Source of the DNA: Clostridiales bacterium | GTDB taxonomy: Bacteria; Bacillota; Clostridia; Oscillospirales; Acutalibacteraceae | NCBI GenBank assembly: GCA_019416455.1 | Contig: DXXG01000025.1 | Coordinates: forward strand, 11-64,010 | DNA: 64,000 bases | Direction: 5' to 3' | Shown here: positions 31,295 through 41,425 of the stretch, one piece after another | How positions within the stretch are numbered: the first letter of the stretch is position 1 | How the letters are laid out: each line of letters opens with the position of its first letter | Program-made: the position numbers and the translations under genes | Notes under the pieces: generated by a model | The model's database searches: none | Told to the model about the DNA's origin: nothing | What the model saw: only the letters and a program-made list of their open reading frames with translations

Positions 31295-32100
31295 TCAGGC
31301 CGGCTCGATATGGACCTTTAGTTTGCGGCTCTCGGAAACTTTCAACACATCGCTGTACACGGTGGGATATTTTTCCTTGAGGGCCTTGGAATCAGGCCGT
31401 TTTGTTGTTCTTGTCACGAAGTCAATGAGGAGCTTGTCATTTGTGGTTGCAAGCACCCCATGTTCGTGCTCCCTCATGACTTCGGCGATCCGCACACTGT
31501 GCGCTTCCACTTCCTTTTCGTATGTTTTGATTTCCTGGTTACAGGCTGCGATCTTTTCCTGAAGTAGGGCGATCTGCCGCAGGGAGCGCTCGTATTTGGG
31601 GGAGAACTCCACGGTGGGCATCTCCGGCAGGCTGGCACCGTAGATTCGAGCCAGAGACTCCAGAGCCAATTTCGGTTTCACGTCCTCCATGGTGGGGGGC
31701 TTATCGTGCTCAAGGCTCCAGATCCACTGCTCCAAACGCTCGAAGATCATGTCCTCTTTGGCAGCGTCCCGAATGATCTCCGGCATGGCCAAGTCGGTTT
31801 CCGGATTATTGCCCCAGATACAAGAGAACGCCCCATATTCCACATCCAACACAGCAAGATAAAAGCGAAGCTGCAACTCATAATAGAGGGGAATGGCGTC
31901 TTCCGCCCAATCTCCAGCCTTGTGGTAGGTGCAGCTTTTGCACTCCAGAATGCCCAGCTCTCCATCTTCTTGACGGGTATACCGCCGGTCAATGTTGGCC
32001 AAGGCGTAGGGGTGGTCTGGATGCTGGTAGAGAAAGGTGTCGTCCATCACCAGGTTTCCCGTCTTTTTTTCGAACCAGTGTGCGGCAATAGGCTCCAATA
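31295..32100 (-). CDS. YqaJ-type (PD-(D/E)XK) recombination exonuclease, exon 2
   Basis: LEPIAAHWFEKKTG...GILECKSC...; continues exon 1 in frame after the intron is removed. Confidence 0.8.
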
Positions 32101-33490
32101 ATAGCCATAGGTAAGCCCCTGATACTATCTCAGGCTTTTCCCCGGCTCCACACCGGATATGAGACTTTCACCTCATCCGGCGTTCCATCGTTTGCATTTT
32201 TCTTTAGACTAAACAGTCTACCATTATCAAAGAACCCCTTGATGTCAACTTCCACTACATAGTGCAAGTGGGACAATTGCAGATGTTTATATGTTTCTGC
32301 AATTGCATTTTCTACTGATCGATTTGGGCGGAAGCCATAGCTGCTATCGCTAAACTTAGCTTCACAAATTGGCTCCATGACTTGTTTGATACATTGCTGA
32401 ACCAGCCTGTCCCAGATACAGGGTATACCGAGTGGTCTGGTTGCGCCATTGGGTTTGGGTATCTCTTTGCGACGAACAGGTTTAGGGCGGTAGCCATGCT
32501 GACTGCCGTGAATGATATATCGCAGTTTTTCAACCAGTTCCTCCGGGCTTAGACACCCGATATCCCTGATTGTTTGCTTATCTGTGCCAGGCGTATTGCT
32601 TCCATCATTGGTCTTGATATTCCGATAGGCAAGCAGTATATTTTCTCTTTTGAGGATTAACTCTACGAGATTGGTGAATATCTCACCACTTTGACTGCGA
32701 GCATACAGGTCATCAAAAACCTCTTGCATTGCGTAGTACTCCGCATGGCGCAAATCATCAACGCAAAATGTTCTTTCTGCGCTCCCTTTTGGCATAAGGC
32801 ATCACTCCTTTCATGGTGAATTGAGTGACTTTTTTTGTCGTACTCGAAATCCTCATTATAAGACTGAATGTTTCAAGCATTTTGCAAACGACTTGAGACC
32901 ATTCCTCCATCTCCATTACAGAGACTTCATAGGTTCGATCTCTACTTTTTGGCATCGGTTCAGCCGCTTATTGTTCTTCGTCAGCTTATTCCTTGTGAAA
33001 TCCGATACCTTTCTCCGTTCCGATGATTCTATCTTTACATATACCTTTAGGTTCCTGCTTTAGGCCTGTTAGCTGGAGAGTGCCATTAACACTCTATGGT
33101 TTTTCATAGACACCAGGTTTTACTAAACCACACTAACCGCAATTTGATGCTCCTACGCATTTCTACGCAGTAATGGTATAGACCCTTTCATTCGCAGGTT
33201 CGTCAGTTCGTACAGAACATTCTAACCATGGGTATTTTATAGACCCCCGGCCTGTAGGTAACACCATCCACCTCTGGATAGCTTTCGTGTGTACAGCATA
33301 GCTATTCACGACGGTTACTCTCAGCCGACTTTACCGAGCTTCTGACGATTAGCGTTTCCACTTATATCGCCAGTCGGAGTATCAGGGGGAGCGTTTCAGG
33401 GCGTTACCCCATCATTCCACTCCTTGAATCATCAGTTCTCCAAACTGATACAGTTTGTGCCGCACCTTTTCAGTACGGAACGAATCGCAC
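32101..33490 (-). mobile_element. group II intron with an internally deleted IEP gene (about 1.39 kb)
   Basis: 5' GTGCG at 33490-33486. Domain V-like hairpin with a GAAA loop at about 32150-32184, a domain VI-like stem after it, and a 3' end ...GGCTAT at 32101. Confidence 0.75.
32130..32795 (-). pseudogene. truncated group II intron reverse transcriptase/maturase
   Basis: RENILLAYRNIKTNDGSNTPGTD...RPLGIPCIWDRLVQQ...SYGFRPNRS...VVEVDIKGFFDN. The frame then runs into intron domain V. No YADD, X or En regions. Confidence 0.85.
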
Positions 33491-33722
33491 GGTGTCCCAT
33501 TTCCAGCTGGTCCTCGTTACTCTTAGCGGGAGCTTTTCTCCGGCCTTTCTTGATGAGCCACAGCTCCAAGGGTGTGGTCCAAGGGGAAAGACCGAAGATG
33601 GCTGCTACATCGCTTCCCCCAACGGTATATGGGATATTTCCCTTAGGACCGTGGGCGCGGCACTCCAACCATCTGTCATTGGTCATTCCCGAGCAGTCGC
33701 AGAGGATGATAGGGTTCGCCAT
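33491..33722 (-). CDS. YqaJ-type exonuclease, exon 1
   Basis: MANPIILCDCSGMTNDRWLECRAHG...VGGSDVAAIFGLSPWTTPLELWLIKKG...QLEMGH. ATG overlaps the upstream stop (TGATG). Confidence 0.8.
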
Positions 33723-34861
33723 CAGTATTCCACTCCCTTCGCAAGGTCGTAATCCTCCCACCGAAGGGTAAGGGCACGGGCCATGGATTCGGAAACAGAC
33801 AACAGTTTGCTTTCCGGAGCATGGTCACAACTTAGGAGGAAGGGGATCTCCTGCATTGCCATAAAAACATCATGGGCGGTTACAGGACCTTCACCACAGG
33901 TCTCCTCAAACTGGTGAATCGCTTCCAAAGCGGCCTTTTTAGGCAGGTTTAGCTTTTTGCACACCCGAGTCATTGCATTGATCGGGTAATCCAGGTAGAT
34001 GTCCAGCAGCTTTTGCAGCTTTTTGACAGAGTCCTGAAACTGGGCAAAGAGCTGGTCCAGAGATTTTTCAAAATCGTTTACCTTGGCTCCACACCGATGA
34101 TCTACCGCAACGCAACTGCCGATGTGAATGGGGGTCTTGCCTCCATCCAAAAGGGCAGCCACTTTCGCGGAGGACACACCGATGTCTGATGTGAGAAACT
34201 GGATCGCAGGAATCAATTTGCTTTCGACTCCGGTTTTTCCCCGGGCTTTGAGTTCCTTCTGATAAGTTTTGAGAAGTTCGTCTTGTTGATTAGGTAACGT
34301 CCAGGAGGCGCACGTCAAGGTGTGGTCCCAGTATCCTTTTTCAAAGCGATTGCCAGGAAAACGGTCATCCAGTTTTCTCTGAAGAGTCTCAAGAAGCTCA
34401 TCCGCAGGCAGCACAGCATAGTCCTCCGGTTCTCCGGAGTGAGCTGCTGCTACCTTTTCATCACGGATAAGCACCAAGGCGTCGGCAGAGTATACCTGGA
34501 GGCAGTCGTTGAGGGTACGGGCCAATTTGGGACGGCTGAGTTTTTGCAGCACAGAGCCCCGAAGTTTGGCCCGGTCCAGCAGGCTTTTGTAGGCGGTATC
34601 CCGAATGGGATAGAGGCTTCCCTCTACCCGCATAGCCAAGCCCAAGCCGTGAATGGTATCCTGTACCGCTTCGAGGCTAGTTCCTGGAGCAAAGGCGGGA
34701 AGATTCTCTGCCAAAGGGGATTTGTTGTCCAGGGGCTCAATGGTCAGATCCCGGACACGGCACCGGCGCCATAGGCTATCTCGACTCAGCTGCCGGTGAT
34801 ACGTCTGCATCTCCCCAAACGAGGAGAAAACGGTGGAATAGTTGTCTTGACAGGTTTGCAT
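33722..34861 (-). CDS. hypothetical protein (379 aa), first gene behind the conserved leader
   Basis: ATG at 34861 behind AAAGGAG. No family confidently recognised. Confidence 0.75.
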   Translation of the reverse strand: MQTCQDNYSTVFSSFGEMQTYHRQLSRDSLWRRCRVRDLTIEPLDNKSPLAENLPAFAPGTSLEAVQDTIHGLGLAMRVEGSLYPIRDTAYKSLLDRAKLRGSVLQKLSRPKLARTLNDCLQVYSADALVLIRDEKVAAAHSGEPEDYAVLPADELLETLQRKLDDRFPGNRFEKGYWDHTLTCASWTLPNQQDELLKTYQKELKARGKTGVESKLIPAIQFLTSDIGVSSAKVAALLDGGKTPIHIGSCVAVDHRCGAKVNDFEKSLDQLFAQFQDSVKKLQKLLDIYLDYPINAMTRVCKKLNLPKKAALEAIHQFEETCGEGPVTAHDVFMAMQEIPFLLSCDHAPESKLLSVSESMARALTLRWEDYDLAKGVEY

Positions 34862-34888
34862 AGTTGCTCCTTTCTGCGGTTCCCCGCA

Positions 34889-35067
34889 ATAAAAAAAGCC
34901 GGCTACCCAACGGGTTGCCGGCTTATGCCTGTAGAATTTGGCTGGAAACAAAAAAGTGCCACTTGCCAAAAGGCAAATGACACTTTGCTACGAAGAAACT
35001 GTGTTCAGCTTCCGCCAAACTCTGAAACTTACGGGTTTATTATAGCAGAGGAAGGAGGCAAGGTCAA
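34889..35067 (-). promoter_or_regulatory. TTGACC-17-TATAAT promoter, conserved leader box and two intrinsic terminators
   Basis: -10 at 35039-35044 and -35 at 35062-35067. Hairpins at 34953-34986 (followed by T6) and 34896-34924 (followed by T7). Confidence 0.7.
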
Positions 35068-35082
35068 GGAATTGCCACGTAT

Positions 35083-35655
35083 TTACTCGGCAAAAACCTT
35101 GCTCAATTCCACAAAGCAGCCGTCCAGAACATTGACCTTTCCCACATCCTGGGGGCCATACACCTCCCAGGGGAGAAGCTGACCGTTTTGCAGCAGGAAC
35201 ACCTGGGCTGTCCTTTCCTCCGGGCTTAGAATCCAGTATTCGCGCACCCCGGCTCGCTGGTACAAGTCCAGCTTTACCAGGCGGTCATGGCGTTGAGTGG
35301 AGGGTGAGAGGACTTCCACCACCAAGTCCGGCGCACCCTTACAGCCGTGGCTGTCCAGCTTGTCGTGGTCGCACACAATGGAAATATCCGGTTCCACCAT
35401 TGTATCCACGTCCGCGGGCGTGTCCTCGCTTTTTTCAAAAAGGCGCACGGCGAAGGGGGCAGCATACACTTCACATTTTTTCCCCTCTAGGAAGTTGGCA
35501 AGCTGCCGGAATAGCTCCCCGCTGATTTTCTGGTGAACTCTGGACGGCGGAACCATCATGACAATTTTCCCGCCTATCAGCTCTGCATGGTCATTTTCGT
35601 CCCAGGTGAGGCAGTCTGCGAAGGTGTAGCGTCCTTTTTCTCCTGGCGGTGCCAT
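35083..35655 (-). CDS. Uma2-family (DUF820) endonuclease
   Basis: AELIGGKIVMMVPPSRVHQ...EPDISIVCD...APDLVVEVLSPST...K..LYQRAGVREYW. Confidence 0.85.
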   Translation of the reverse strand: MAPPGEKGRYTFADCLTWDENDHAELIGGKIVMMVPPSRVHQKISGELFRQLANFLEGKKCEVYAAPFAVRLFEKSEDTPADVDTMVEPDISIVCDHDKLDSHGCKGAPDLVVEVLSPSTQRHDRLVKLDLYQRAGVREYWILSPEERTAQVFLLQNGQLLPWEVYGPQDVGKVNVLDGCFVELSKVFAE

Positions 35656-35771
35656 TAAAATGACCTCCCTGTCTTTTGTAATGTTGTGCTTTTAAGCATA
35701 GTGTAGCCCAAACAAGCGCTTATGACAAGATAGCGTCTAAGTCCTGCTCAAAATAAATGGTGGTAAGGATC

Positions 35772-36031
35772 TTACACGCCATGCTTTTCCCTCAATTTCT
35801 GGAGAGACTGTCCGGCATCCATTCCCTTACCAGCACGGAATTCCGCTGAGGACTGAGCCAGCTTGGCCTCCACATCCAGCATTAACATTTTTTCTCATAC
35901 GGCACCATGCTCATAACGACCATGGCGCCGTATCCGTTTTTGGTGACAAAAATGGGCTCTTTGGACTCCTTGCACATCTGGGAGATCTGAGTAGTGTTTT
36001 TCAAATCTCGGATGGGGATAATCCTAGGCAT
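35772..36031 (-). pseudogene. Phd/YefM-family antitoxin gene with a frameshift in an A6 run
   Basis: MPRIIPIRDLKNTTQISQMCKESKEPIFVTKNGYGAMVVMSM..EKK stops at 35892. One extra A would continue the frame as MLMLDVEAKLAQSSAEFRAGKGMDAGQSLQKLREKHGV. The 260-nt span is not divisible by 3. Confidence 0.7.
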
Positions 36032-36122
36032 GATGATCGCTTCTTTCTGTCACATAATTATGGGATTATATTATTATATTGCACAGATAAACAACTGCGC
36101 ACATCGCAACTGATACGTTTTT

Positions 36123-37235
36123 TCAGATATGGCAGTCAACAACCACCAACACATCCTCCGGCGAAAGCTCCGATAGGAAGCAATCCTGTTCTGTTTCCCA
36201 ATCCTGGGAACATGGATTCCATCCAAAGACGGATTCCCCCTTCCAGTTATAGTCCAAATCCAGAAAGTTGCAGGCGGGAATGGGATATTTACGGGTGCGG
36301 TACCAATCCATACGGATCAGGTATTCCTCCAAGGATTCATCTTTTCGGAAAACCAATTGTCCTCCCTGGACGATGCCGTCTTCCACCAACATTCCATAGA
36401 ATTCCTTGGGCAGCACCCCAGTATGGAAACTTTCTTTCAGTGTATCATACTGTTCTGTCAAAAGATTCCGATGGTATTTCCGAATCGCGTCCCATTGGAT
36501 ATCTTTCATTCTGGCCGCGCTGGCCCATTGATAACCTTTCGGTGGCTGAGGACAGGTTTCTTCACTGCAGTCGCACTCGCCCCGGTCATATTCGGTACAA
36601 GTATCCTTCACCAGCAGCTGACAAGGCCAGCGACCGCCGATGGAATACCAGTCCCATTGGGCGGTGGGGTTGCTGTAAAAACCGTACGCCTGCTGTTCCT
36701 CATTCCAATCAGTAAACGCCCATTTTTCCACGAACTGGCGAAAATCCTGATACAGCTTTCGGAACGGATAATTTGGCAGCGCCTTCATACGTTTTGCCCT
36801 CTTAGTGCGTCGAGGCTGGCGGACAGGGCCCGCTCCTCGCTCGAAGACCTTTCCATCCCGGATCATATAGCGGCCATAATATGACTCATATCCCAATGGG
36901 ACGATTTTTCCCTGGGGAAGCTTGACACAGTCGGTACCTTGCTCATATTCCTGCTTCAACTCTTCCGTCTGGTCAACAAATTCCAGGTAGCTGGGGTCGT
37001 CTGTGTTGGTGCTGAATGGTTCCAGCTTTTCTGCCACAGTCGAATCCACTGTCCGGGAAAAGGGGGTACTGAGGTGGTTAAGCCGCTGCAGAAATACAGA
37101 CTCGATCACAGATTCCCGTCCTTTTTCCTGTATGGCCTTTTTGAGTTTGTTTTTCTCGTCTTCTATGATTTGATTTTGCTTTTGATCTTCCACAATTTCA
37201 GATACCTGTACAGCTATCAACGTTAAGAAGTGCAT
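36123..37235 (-). CDS. hypothetical protein (370 aa; WDWYSIGGRW motif)
   Basis: Long ORF downstream of the vWA gene. No family recognised. Confidence 0.75.
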   Translation of the reverse strand: MHFLTLIAVQVSEIVEDQKQNQIIEDEKNKLKKAIQEKGRESVIESVFLQRLNHLSTPFSRTVDSTVAEKLEPFSTNTDDPSYLEFVDQTEELKQEYEQGTDCVKLPQGKIVPLGYESYYGRYMIRDGKVFERGAGPVRQPRRTKRAKRMKALPNYPFRKLYQDFRQFVEKWAFTDWNEEQQAYGFYSNPTAQWDWYSIGGRWPCQLLVKDTCTEYDRGECDCSEETCPQPPKGYQWASAARMKDIQWDAIRKYHRNLLTEQYDTLKESFHTGVLPKEFYGMLVEDGIVQGGQLVFRKDESLEEYLIRMDWYRTRKYPIPACNFLDLDYNWKGESVFGWNPCSQDWETEQDCFLSELSPEDVLVVVDCHI

Positions 37236-37333
37236 ATTTGCCGTCCTTTCTATAAATAGACAAAATGGGCGGCGCATCTGTGCTGCCCACCTGTCAAGAT
37301 CGTTGTGATCGCCCATGATGGGCAGCGTGTGAT

Positions 37334-39538
37334 TTATACCCGCAGGAAGCGCTTGACCACCTGGGTCAGCTTCACGGGAAGTTGGTTTAGGTCTGTGATG
37401 TCCAGGAAAGAATCCCCGTAGATACGTTCAATGTTCTCTTTGTCATCTCCAATGGCTGCGGCAACGAAGAGAAGGCCTTTTCGTCGGTACTCCTGTCGGA
37501 TACCTCGCAGATCCTCTTCCGCTGCGGTTCCATAGTAGCCAGAATCGGCAGGTTGTCCATCGGATACCAATATCAGCAGTTTCAACTCCTCTGATCGTTT
37601 GGACAAACGCTCTGCCACAAAGCGAAGGGCGGCGCCGTCCCTGTTTTCAATACGTGAGGAGATATCTACCAGCCGGTATTTATCCTCCCGGTCGATGGTG
37701 TCAAACTCACTGTATGAGTAGAGCTCAACACCATTTTTCCCCGTAGAATGGCCATAGACCATCACGGGAATATGAAGAGCCTGGCAAAAGTCATAGAGAA
37801 TGATCGCCGAGGCCCTGGCATAGGTAACTCGATCGCAGGAAGACATGGATCCGGATTCGTCCAGCAGCAAACCCACGGCCATATCCGGAGGTTGTGACGG
37901 CAAAGAGTCCTTGGTGAACACCTTGCCATCTCCGCGGTACAGAGTGTGGGCATCCAGACGGTGGCCCATGAGCAGGCCTGTCTGCTTGCCGCCACGCTGC
38001 CGATCCTTAAATTGCTGGAGCAAACTCTTTTGCAGTTGTTTGGATATATTCAGCAATGGTCCGGCAATGGCATCATACTGTGCGATCATCTCCGGCGGCA
38101 CCTCTGTGATTCGATTGATCCGGATGGATACACCTTTGTGAATATCCCCGTAGGAGAGGCTCTGAGCTTCGCGGTTCAGTTCCTGTAATCGATCCTGTTC
38201 CAGCTCCTGGAGAACGGTTTTCTCTGCCATGGTATCCAGAATCCGTTCCATTTCCGCCTCCACCGTTCCGGACAACTCTGGAGTGTACTCTCGGTTGACC
38301 TCTACACCTCCGCCCAGTGGTTCAGACACACGGTCTGTTTCCACCAAGGGTAAGCGTCCGGCCTCGTCGGGAGTAATCTCTTGCTTTTCGGATGGGATGC
38401 CAGAATTTTCACCAACCGATGCATCCCCTGTGGATAGCTTCTCTTCACTAGTGTCACCCTCTCCTAATGGACTTTCTTTTGCTAGGGTGCGTGTTTTCTC
38501 TCGTTTTGCTGGCTGGGGAAGGGAAAGGTCCTCTACCATCTCCGAAACAGGGGCTGTTGAGCCCTCACCTCTGGTGGAACCACCAGCCAAAACGGACAGC
38601 TCCTTCTCCAACTGAGAAAAGATGGAACCGCCATCCTCTGAGCCACTGTCTTGCTGCTGGCCCTTCAGGGTCTCCAGATAATCCCGGATCTGCTCCCAGC
38701 ACCGAATGAGGATATAATTCACTGTGATCCATCGGTTTTTGCCGGACCGTGTTTGCAGGTCCTTATCTAGCTCAGGAAGCAAGTCAAATACGGTTTGAAT
38801 GTGCTCCTCACTGAGAGGCTCTTCTCCATATTTTAGCTCCCCAAACTTTCCATAGGAAAGTATCAGCTGGAGAAGACTGTAAAACATGGGCGTCCCTGTA
38901 GTCTCCAACTCTTTGAGCTGGGTGACCGTGGGCATCTCTCGCCACTGCCAGGTTCTTACAAAATCCAAGGCCTGCCCCAAAGTTCCCGGGAACTGTTCCA
39001 GCACCCGGTTCTCTGTGGCAGCATCTTCCAACACATTGCCGATCTCTAGGGCAACTCTCCCTAGCAGAGCAAGGTTTTGCGGATCATCCTGGGCATACTC
39101 CCAGAACTCATGCTCACTTTTTACATCCTGTGTGCGGATCAATTTTGGCTTTTCTGGATACCAGCGGCAGGCGGACAGATTGTTCCGATATGTCTGCTGT
39201 GCCAGAAAATCTGTGTACAGGCAATGCCCGAGCTCGTGTGCAAAGAGTCCACACACCATTTGATACCGTTCTTCCCGGGAGGGAAAAAGAGTGATGGAGG
39301 GATGTCCAGGATTGATGGTGATAACCAGATTATCGGTGTAAGCAAGTTCTCTATTGCCAGGTTCCCAAAGGAGTTTGACACGGATCCTACGACTGGCGCC
39401 ATAGCGCTTCGTCTGTGCGGCGGCCAAATCCTCGAAATGGTAAGCCAAGAGCTTGCTTGAAAAAAACTCTTGATCGGTGATCTCACTTCGTTTTTGCTGG
39501 ATCAACTGTTTGACCTTTTTATGATTGACTCGTGCCAT
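37334..39538 (-). CDS. vWA-domain protein with an N-terminal HExxH (zincin-like) motif
   Basis: FAHELGHCLY near the N-terminus, an acidic low-complexity linker, and a C-terminal MIDAS motif LLLDESGSMSS. Confidence 0.85.
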   Translation of the reverse strand: MARVNHKKVKQLIQQKRSEITDQEFFSSKLLAYHFEDLAAAQTKRYGASRRIRVKLLWEPGNRELAYTDNLVITINPGHPSITLFPSREERYQMVCGLFAHELGHCLYTDFLAQQTYRNNLSACRWYPEKPKLIRTQDVKSEHEFWEYAQDDPQNLALLGRVALEIGNVLEDAATENRVLEQFPGTLGQALDFVRTWQWREMPTVTQLKELETTGTPMFYSLLQLILSYGKFGELKYGEEPLSEEHIQTVFDLLPELDKDLQTRSGKNRWITVNYILIRCWEQIRDYLETLKGQQQDSGSEDGGSIFSQLEKELSVLAGGSTRGEGSTAPVSEMVEDLSLPQPAKREKTRTLAKESPLGEGDTSEEKLSTGDASVGENSGIPSEKQEITPDEAGRLPLVETDRVSEPLGGGVEVNREYTPELSGTVEAEMERILDTMAEKTVLQELEQDRLQELNREAQSLSYGDIHKGVSIRINRITEVPPEMIAQYDAIAGPLLNISKQLQKSLLQQFKDRQRGGKQTGLLMGHRLDAHTLYRGDGKVFTKDSLPSQPPDMAVGLLLDESGSMSSCDRVTYARASAIILYDFCQALHIPVMVYGHSTGKNGVELYSYSEFDTIDREDKYRLVDISSRIENRDGAALRFVAERLSKRSEELKLLILVSDGQPADSGYYGTAAEEDLRGIRQEYRRKGLLFVAAAIGDDKENIERIYGDSFLDITDLNQLPVKLTQVVKRFLRV

Positions 39539-39550
39539 AGTTTTGCCTCC

Positions 39551-41419
39551 TCACGCGGTTTTCCTGCGTTTGGGAGCAAAGACCGGATCCAACACAGATG
39601 TAATCAATGCTTCCCGGTCCTCCTCATTAGAGGTGGCTTTGCTGATAATAGTCTCCAACGCAGAAGTGTAGGGGTCTCTAGAGATCTCCGCGCTGGTTAC
39701 CCAGTCGATAAGGCTTCGCATTCCCACAGTTCCATCGGTAATGCTGTTTTTCCGGCAGTACGTGGCCAAGTCATTTACCACTTCCACCATCTGGCATACC
39801 CGATACTCGTCTGTAGCTCCGGTAACTGCCATGACTCGCTGGGCCATGACTTCTGGGCTGGGAAGCTCTATGTCTTTGACTAGGCTCATCCGGTCCACCA
39901 CACTCTGGTTCATAGCCCTGCATCCTTCATAGCTGACATTGGTGGTAACCACCACAACCGCATCTGGGTGGCGGCGGATCACCTCACCTGTGGGCAAAGT
40001 GATAGTTCCCCCTTGCTCCAGCAAAGAGTTGAGGCCCACCAGCACACCGGGTTGCAGGATGGTAGATGGCTCTTGAAGCTCCACCAAGTAACCATTCTTC
40101 AGTGCCTTGATGAAATCCGTTTCCACATAGGTGTACGTCTGGCCAGAAGAACCCTCCTGCACGGTGATGAGCTGCCTTACCTTATCGGTAACTTTCTCCA
40201 ACACCAGCCCCATACAATCTTGGGAGGTGGCGTTGGGATTTTCTGCCCCGGTGAGGGCAAGGTACACCCCTGCTGGATCGTAGTCCATGTCATCCAAGTC
40301 AGGAAGTTTCAGCAGTTTGCTCACATTGGCATAGTTAATGCCTCCCATGGCTCGCAGCTGCTCCCGCTCTTGATCCAGATTTGTGTCCCCAGTGGAAAAG
40401 TCCTCCGTATTGGGAAACACTGTGCCAACAAAATCATATATTTCTGATCCTGCTGAACAGGTGTACTTCATGTAAGGAAGTCCCAGACCTGCCGCAATGG
40501 CCTTGGCACCCATGGTCTTGCCGGTTCCGGCAGGACCACGGAGAAGAAAATTGCGCATCTGAGTGGGTTTCCCTGTGGTAAGCTTGGCGTGCTTACAGAT
40601 GTCCACCGCCTCGGGGGGAATGATATACCACTCTGGGAGGACGGGCACCTGGGCCTGCTCTCCAGCGGAAAGCTTACGGGTGGGATCCAGTACATATTTC
40701 CCCACAAAATCCTTGTGGGAAACCGTCTTTACAGGGCTGTGTACAGCCGCCTTCCCACTTTGGGTGAAGATGGAGAATTCTCCGGCTAACACCTCTGTGG
40801 GCTGGAATATTCCTGAGTCCAGCTGAGCGCGGGAAACCCGCATCAAGTTGCCGGACCGGTCCACGTTTACCTTCAGGTGTGTGGGGCAGGTATCGTCCTT
40901 TACCCTTCGGTAGGTATTGTCACAGAGGACTCCCATAGCATTCGTTGCTTTGAGAAGATCTGGATACCCATTTTTGTACTGTTTCTGGTAGGTCAGATAG
41001 TTTTCTTTGAATTCCTCGTCCTTCAACAGCAGGGGCATCATGGCGAAAAACAGGGCAGCTCCATCCCTTCCGGTAGCATGGGCTGTGTACTGCTCCATAA
41101 GCTCAGTGTTTTTGTCATAGACACTGGCTTGCAAGTTCCCGGTAACAGAATCGTATACCACCAAGTGATAGGCGTCCGGCCCCATGGAGGACTTGTACTC
41201 TGCCACACAGGTGGTGGGAATTACCGTTCCTACAGCCCCCTCTCCACCGTTCTGGCAGGCGCACAGGGCATGAACTGCCTTGATGATAGGAGCGCACAGG
41301 GTCGCTTCTGTCCCACCATACTTAGAGGCAGTGCCTTTTATCTTTTTAGTTGCCAGCACGTCGAATGGCGGTGGAAGAGGCCTGCCAAAGTTGAACAGGT
41401 TTGTCAGTGATGTTGCCAT
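39551..41419 (-). CDS. AAA+ ATPase (MoxR/CobS/AAA_5-like) with a long N-terminal extension
   Basis: LLRGPAGTGKTMGAKAIA about 300 aa into the protein, and ...AVVVVTTN... Confidence 0.85.
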   Translation of the reverse strand: MATSLTNLFNFGRPLPPPFDVLATKKIKGTASKYGGTEATLCAPIIKAVHALCACQNGGEGAVGTVIPTTCVAEYKSSMGPDAYHLVVYDSVTGNLQASVYDKNTELMEQYTAHATGRDGAALFFAMMPLLLKDEEFKENYLTYQKQYKNGYPDLLKATNAMGVLCDNTYRRVKDDTCPTHLKVNVDRSGNLMRVSRAQLDSGIFQPTEVLAGEFSIFTQSGKAAVHSPVKTVSHKDFVGKYVLDPTRKLSAGEQAQVPVLPEWYIIPPEAVDICKHAKLTTGKPTQMRNFLLRGPAGTGKTMGAKAIAAGLGLPYMKYTCSAGSEIYDFVGTVFPNTEDFSTGDTNLDQEREQLRAMGGINYANVSKLLKLPDLDDMDYDPAGVYLALTGAENPNATSQDCMGLVLEKVTDKVRQLITVQEGSSGQTYTYVETDFIKALKNGYLVELQEPSTILQPGVLVGLNSLLEQGGTITLPTGEVIRRHPDAVVVVTTNVSYEGCRAMNQSVVDRMSLVKDIELPSPEVMAQRVMAVTGATDEYRVCQMVEVVNDLATYCRKNSITDGTVGMRSLIDWVTSAEISRDPYTSALETIISKATSNEEDREALITSVLDPVFAPKRRKTA

Positions 41420-41425
41420 ACTAAG

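Noticed and set aside
30567-31562. 331-aa plus-strand ORF opposite the RecD-like helicase and exonuclease genes
   Set aside because: It spans a gene boundary on the other strand, lacks an RBS, and has no domain signature.
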